Below, piece by piece: positions 60,170 through 64,000 of a stretch of 64,000 nt of DNA. Source of the stretch: Thermoanaerobaculia bacterium (GTDB lineage Bacteria > Acidobacteriota > Thermoanaerobaculia > UBA5066); NCBI GenBank assembly GCA_963719225.1, contig CAVRAY010000002.1:608001-672000 (forward strand), written 5' to 3'. A model generated the notes under the pieces. It saw only the letters and a list, made by a program, of their open reading frames with translations, ran no database searches and was not told where the DNA came from. Position numbers and translations under genes: made by a program. Every line of letters starts with the position of its first letter. Position 1 is the stretch's first letter.

Positions 60170-61607
60170 GGCTTTTTTTACCGCGGCGGACGTCGCGCGC
60201 GCGACGGGGACGGCCGTGCCCGCGGGCGCGCCGGACGGCTTCCCGTCCGTCTCGACCGACACGCGGGGGATTCCCGCGGGTGCCCTCTTCGTTGCGCTGA
60301 AGGGCGAGCGCTTCGACGCGCACGCGTTCCTCGCCCAGGCGAAGGCGAAGGGCGCCGGGGCCGCCGTCGTGCGCAAGGGCACGCCGGCGGTGCCGGGCCT
60401 CGCGCTCTTCGAGGTGGGCGACACGCTCCGGGCGCTCGGCGCGCTCGCGGCGTTCCACCGGCGGCGTTTCCCGATTTCCGTCGCCGCCGTCGCGGGCTCG
60501 AACGGAAAGACGACGACGAAGGAGATGCTCGCCGCGATCCTCGAGACGCGCGGCGCCGCGCTCGCGACGGCGGGGAACCTGAACAACGAGGTCGGGGTGC
60601 CGCTCACGCTGCTGCGCCTCACGAAGGAGCACGTCGCGGCGGTCGTCGAGGTCGGGATGTCGGCGCCGGGGGAGCTCGCACGGCTGACGGAGATGACGCG
60701 CCCCGACGCCGGCGTCGTGACGCTCGTCGCCGCCGAGCACCTCGAGTTCCTGAAGGACCTCGACGGCGTCGCGGACGCGGAGGGAGAGCTCTACCGCGGC
60801 CTTCTGCCCGGCTCCGTCGCCGTCGTGAACGCGGACGATCCGCGCTGCCTGGCGCAGGCGGAGCGGGTGGCGGGCGGCGTGAAGAAGATCTTCTTTGGAA
60901 AGAGCGCTCTCGCCGACGTTCGTCTTCTGTCGGTAACGCCCTTGGGTTTGGAGGGTCAGAAGATCTGCTTAGAAGGGGAAGAGTGGGACGGCCGTTCGGG
61001 AGGCGGGCGCCTCGGCGGAAACCTACAGCGCAGCAGGTGCGACATCATGCTGGGGTTCGTGGGGGAGCACAACGCCATGAATGCCGTGGCGGCGGCGGCC
61101 ACGGCGCGGGCTCTCTCTTACTCATTCGAGGAGATCTCCCGGGGTCTCTCCTTGGTCCGTCCGTATGCGCACCGTTCTCGAATCGTTGCGGGGGCGGGCG
61201 GGATCACGATCCTCGACGACTGCTACAACGCCTCGCCCGCGTCGATGCAGGCCGCGCTCGCGACGCTGACGTCGCTCGTCGCGGCCGGGGGCGGGAAGGG
61301 CCGGGCGGTCGCGGTCCTCGGCGACATGCTGGAGCTGGGAGAGGCCGAAGAGGAAGAGCATCGAAAGTTGGGGAGAGGGGCGGAGGGGCGAGTCGAGCTG
61401 GCCGCTTTCTTCGGGCCGCGTTCCTCTCTTACATTCAAAGAATTCTTCTCTTCTTCTTCTTCTTCCGCCCACTTCACCGAGATCGAAGCCCTCCTCGCGT
61501 GGCTGCGTCCGCAGCTCCGGGCGGGAGACGTCGTCCTCGTGAAGGGGAGCCGGGGGATGAAGCTCGAGCGCGTCGTCGACGCCCTCGCCGCCCCGGCGAC
61601 GGCCTGA
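60156..61607 (+). CDS. murF: UDP-MurNAc-tripeptide--D-Ala-D-Ala ligase (start uncertain: ACG 60156 or GTG 60216)
   Basis: STDTR, LFVALKGERFDAH, GSNGKTTTKEM, GNLNNEVGVP.TL, DDCYNASP.SM, LGDMLELG, VLVKGSRGM. Confidence 0.93.
   Translation, partial: TASTEAFFTAADVARATGTAVPAGAPDGFPSVSTDTRGIPAGALFVALKGERFDAHAFLAQAKAKGAGAAVVRKGTPAVPGLALFEVGDTLRALGALAAFHRRRFPISVAAVAGSNGKTTTKEMLAAILETRGAALATAGNLNNEVGVPLTLLRLTKEHVAAVVEVGMSAPGELARLTEMTRPDAGVVTLVAAEHLEFLKDLDGVADAEGELYRGLLPGSVAVVNADDPRCLAQAERVAGGVKKIFFGKSALADVRLLSVTPLGLEGQKICLEGEEWDGRSGGGRLGGNLQRSRCDIMLGFVGEHNAMNAVAAAATARALSYSFEEISRGLSLVRPYAHRSRIVAGAGGITILDDCYNASPASMQAALATLTSLVAAGGGKGRAVAVLGDMLELGEAEEEEHRKLGRGAEGRVELAAFFGPRSSLTFKEFFSSSSSSAHFTEIEALLAWLRPQLRAGDVVLVKGSRGMKLERVVDALAAPATA
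60884..61466. repeat. Inward-facing motif set 5 (inside murF)
   Basis: GAAGATCTTCTTTGGAAAGAG 60884-60904; GAAGATCTGCTTAGAAGGGGAAGAG 60959-60983; TTACATTCAAAGAATTCTTC 61429-61448 plus a (TTC)n tract. Confidence 0.65.
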
Positions 61608-61608
61608 G

Positions 61609-62139
61609 CTACCGGCCCGCCGCGGCCTTCGCGGGAGCCTCCGCGAGCAGGCGAAGGACGGCATCCTCCATCGCGGGGCTCTTGAGGCCCGCCTTTCGGC
61701 CCTCGGCGATCGCCTCTTCCCTCGTGCGCCCGCGCCGGTACGCGATGACCGCGAGCGTGGCGCCGACTCGATTGCTGCTCGAGCAGTAGATGAGGACGGG
61801 GGCGGCCTTCTGGCCGGAGAGGACGGCCTCGACCTTCGCGACGTCCCCGAGCGAGAACGTGTCCGGTGCGACCGGCACGGACACGAACGCGAGGCCCTGA
61901 GCCTCCACGGCCTCGCGGGCCTGCGCGACGCCTTCCCGCGGCTGGCGCAGGTCGATCGCCGTGCGGAATCCGGCGGCTTTCAACGAGGCGAACGCCTCCT
62001 TCGACGGCTTGCCCGAGACGGCAAGGCTCGGCGAGAGCCGCTGGTAGTTCATCGCGTCGAGCGACTCCGGGATGCCTGCAGCCGCGGCGAGAGCGGGCGC
62101 GAGCGTGAGGACGAGAGCGGGGAAGAGCCGGTTCTTCAT
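61609..62139 (-). CDS. Exported DUF442/phosphatase-like (sulfur transferase domain) protein
   Basis: SG.P, GF.T.IDLR...E, PVLIYCSSSNR; signal peptide. Confidence 0.82.
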   Translation of the reverse strand: MKNRLFPALVLTLAPALAAAAGIPESLDAMNYQRLSPSLAVSGKPSKEAFASLKAAGFRTAIDLRQPREGVAQAREAVEAQGLAFVSVPVAPDTFSLGDVAKVEAVLSGQKAAPVLIYCSSSNRVGATLAVIAYRRGRTREEAIAEGRKAGLKSPAMEDAVLRLLAEAPAKAAAGR

Positions 62140-62159
62140 GGCATGTCTCCGATCCGACT

Positions 62160-63299
62160 CTAACGCGTGAGCGCGGCGCGCGCGTCGAGAACCCTTCGGC
62201 GGGCGTCGCGGGGCGTCGGCGCCAGTGCCGTCAGGTGGCCCATCTTGCGGCCGGGCCGCGGCTCCTTCTTGCCGTAGAGGTGGAGCGCGACGCCCGGCGA
62301 GGCGCAGGCTCTCTCCCACGCGGGCGTGCCGCCGGCCCACAGGTCGCCGAGAAGGTTCGCCATCGCGGCCGGCCGCAGGAGCTCCGTCGACCCGAGCGGC
62401 AGGCCGCAGACGGCGCGCAGCTGCTGCTCGAACTGGCTCGTGACGCAGGCGTCGATCGTGAGGTGCCCCGAGTTGTGCGGCCGCGGGGCGATCTCGTTCA
62501 CGAGCAGCGCGCCGTCCTTCGTATGGAAGAGCTCGATGCAGAGAACCCCGACGAAATCAAGCGCTTCGAGGATCGTCCGAGTGATTTCGTAAGCTCGTGT
62601 TTCTTCGAAGGTGGACAGAGCGGAGGGACAGCGGGTGACGTCGAGGATGTGACTGCTGTGTTCGTTCTCGAAGGAAGGAAAGAACACGACACGACCATCA
62701 GAGCTACGCGCCGCGATGACCGAGACTTCCCGCTCGAACTCGATGAAGGATTCGAGGACGCACGGCACCCTGCCGAGGCGGCCCCACGCAGCTTCCGCCT
62801 CCCGTTCATCCTTCGAGGAAATCCTCTCTTGTCCCTTCCCGTCGTACCCGAATGCGGCCGTCTTGAGAACCGCCGGGGCGCCGACCAGGGACAGCGCGGA
62901 GGCGAGCTCGTCGTTCGTGCGCACGGCCACCCACGACGCGAGAGGGACATTCACCTTTCTAAGAAATTCCTTTTCCCTCTCTCGATTCTGGCTCACCCAG
63001 AGCGCTTCGGCGGAAGGGTGGACCGGGACAAGGCGCTCGACTTCGTCGAGCGCCGCCCGCGGCACGTTCTCGAACTCGAACGTGAGGACGTCGAGGCCCT
63101 TCGCGAATGCGCGAAGCGCGTCGAGGTCGTCGTACGGAGCCGAGACCTCGACATCCGCGACGTGGCCGGTCGGCGAGTCCGTCTCGGGCGAAAACGTGTG
63201 CACGCGGTAGCCCATCGTCCGCGCCGCGAGGGCGAACATGCGTCCGAGCTGGCCGCTTCCGAGGACGCCGACCGTGGAGCCCGGGGGGACGATCCTCAC
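62160..63299 (-). CDS. purK: N5-carboxyaminoimidazole ribonucleotide synthase
   Basis: [51 protein letters not shown]...GRKMGH. Confidence 0.97.
   Translation of the reverse strand: MRIVPPGSTVGVLGSGQLGRMFALAARTMGYRVHTFSPETDSPTGHVADVEVSAPYDDLDALRAFAKGLDVLTFEFENVPRAALDEVERLVPVHPSAEALWVSQNREREKEFLRKVNVPLASWVAVRTNDELASALSLVGAPAVLKTAAFGYDGKGQERISSKDEREAEAAWGRLGRVPCVLESFIEFEREVSVIAARSSDGRVVFFPSFENEHSSHILDVTRCPSALSTFEETRAYEITRTILEALDFVGVLCIELFHTKDGALLVNEIAPRPHNSGHLTIDACVTSQFEQQLRAVCGLPLGSTELLRPAAMANLLGDLWAGGTPAWERACASPGVALHLYGKKEPRPGRKMGHLTALAPTPRDARRRVLDARAALTR
62600..62970. repeat. Inward-facing motif set 6 (inside purK)
   Basis: TTTCTTCGAAGGTGGA 62600-62615; TTCATCCTTCGAGGAAATCCTC 62805-62826 (19/22 to the 15529 copy); TTCACCTTTCTAAGAAATTCC 62950-62970. 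Confidence 0.7.
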
Positions 63300-63799
63300 G
63301 GGAGCCGGGACTGCAAGACCTTCCGGGTCTGTCTTGATCGGAAGGCCTTGAGCTTCTTCCGAAGCGCGGGCCGCGTGTTCGAGACGATCGCCGCCGCGAG
63401 GAGACCCGCGTTCGTCGCCCCCGCCTTGCCGATCGCGAGCGTGCCGACCGGCACGCCGGCCGGCATCTGCGCGATCGAGAGGAGGGAGTCGAGGCCCTTG
63501 AGCGCGCGGCTCTCGACGGGGACGCCGAGGACCGGCACGGCCGTCTGCGCGGCGAGCATCCCGGGAAGGTGCGCGGCACCGCCCGCTCCCGCCACGATCA
63601 CTTCGAGGCCGCGGGCCTCGGCCTCGGCCGCGTACGCCGCGAGCAGTCTCGGCGTTCGGTGGGCCGAGACGACGCGCCTCTCGTACGGGACGCCGAGCCG
63701 TTCGAGCGCGTCGGCGGCGTGCCTCATCGTCTCCCAGTCGGACGTCGAGCCCATCACGAGGCCTACGAGAGGCTTCGGCCTTCGTCCGCCCTTCTTCAT
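63296..63799 (-). CDS. purE: N5-CAIR mutase
   Basis: [41 protein letters not shown]. Confidence 0.98.
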   Translation of the reverse strand: MKKGGRRPKPLVGLVMGSTSDWETMRHAADALERLGVPYERRVVSAHRTPRLLAAYAAEAEARGLEVIVAGAGGAAHLPGMLAAQTAVPVLGVPVESRALKGLDSLLSIAQMPAGVPVGTLAIGKAGATNAGLLAAAIVSNTRPALRKKLKAFRSRQTRKVLQSRLP

Positions 63800-63832
63800 G
63801 GGCGCGATCCTACCGTGAGGGCCCGGGCGTGC

Positions 63833-64000
63833 TCAGGCGCTCCAGGCGCGGGCGGTCTCGGCCGCGAATTCGTCGAAGCGGCGAGGCGCATGCCCGAGGA
63901 GCGCCGTGAGGCGCGCGACGTCCTCGGGCGTGGCCTTGAGGCCGTGTTCCTGGAAGAACTCGTACATGAGCCGGAAGTCGAACGCCGCGAACGCGGGAAG
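63833..64000 (-). CDS. C-terminus of a probable NmrA-like protein (partial)
   Basis: ...DFRLMYEFFQEHGL.AT..DV..L..LLG..PR.F..FA.E. Confidence 0.55.
   Translation of the reverse strand, partial: LPAFAAFDFRLMYEFFQEHGLKATPEDVARLTALLGHAPRRFDEFAAETARAWSA

Noticed and set aside
15409-62970. Motif pairs as terminal inverted repeats of one MITE family
   Set aside because: Interiors are non-homologous and variable in length, and in glmU, murF and purK they are conserved enzyme sequence; no target duplications seen.

Overview
64 kb of high-GC, gene-dense bacterial chromosome. The gene content (acidobacterial-type VWA/Ig protein, GerMN-murI-rph, MqnD) suggests Acidobacteriota, possibly Thermoanaerobaculia; this is inference. 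It is mostly housekeeping: tmRNA, tRNA-Pro(TGG), amidase-GerMN-murI-rph, dusB, msrA, glmU-glmS, glpK, pcrA/uvrD, mqnD, truA, envelope glycosylation genes, S9/M16 peptidases, a two-component block, an ATP-grasp/YbdK pair, murF and purKE. Several single-base indels look like long-read assembly errors. Three things stand out. (1) A ~22-bp asymmetric motif (GAAGATTTCTTNGAAGGGTGAA, core TTC-N3-GAA) recurs as inward-facing pairs in six A/T-shifted, purine-tract patches. Five patches lie inside genes (HMT, glmU, pcrA, murF, purK), where the protein sequence bends to fit the motif. (2) At the tmRNA 3' end there is a tandem array of ~1-kb integrase-less units, each made of a TGGTGGA core, an HTH gene tail, a toxin-antitoxin pair and a copy of the tmRNA terminator. 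(3) A 20-aa Lys-rich micro-ORF has its own promoter, a structured ~200-nt leader and a terminator. Many genes also appear to be leaderless.
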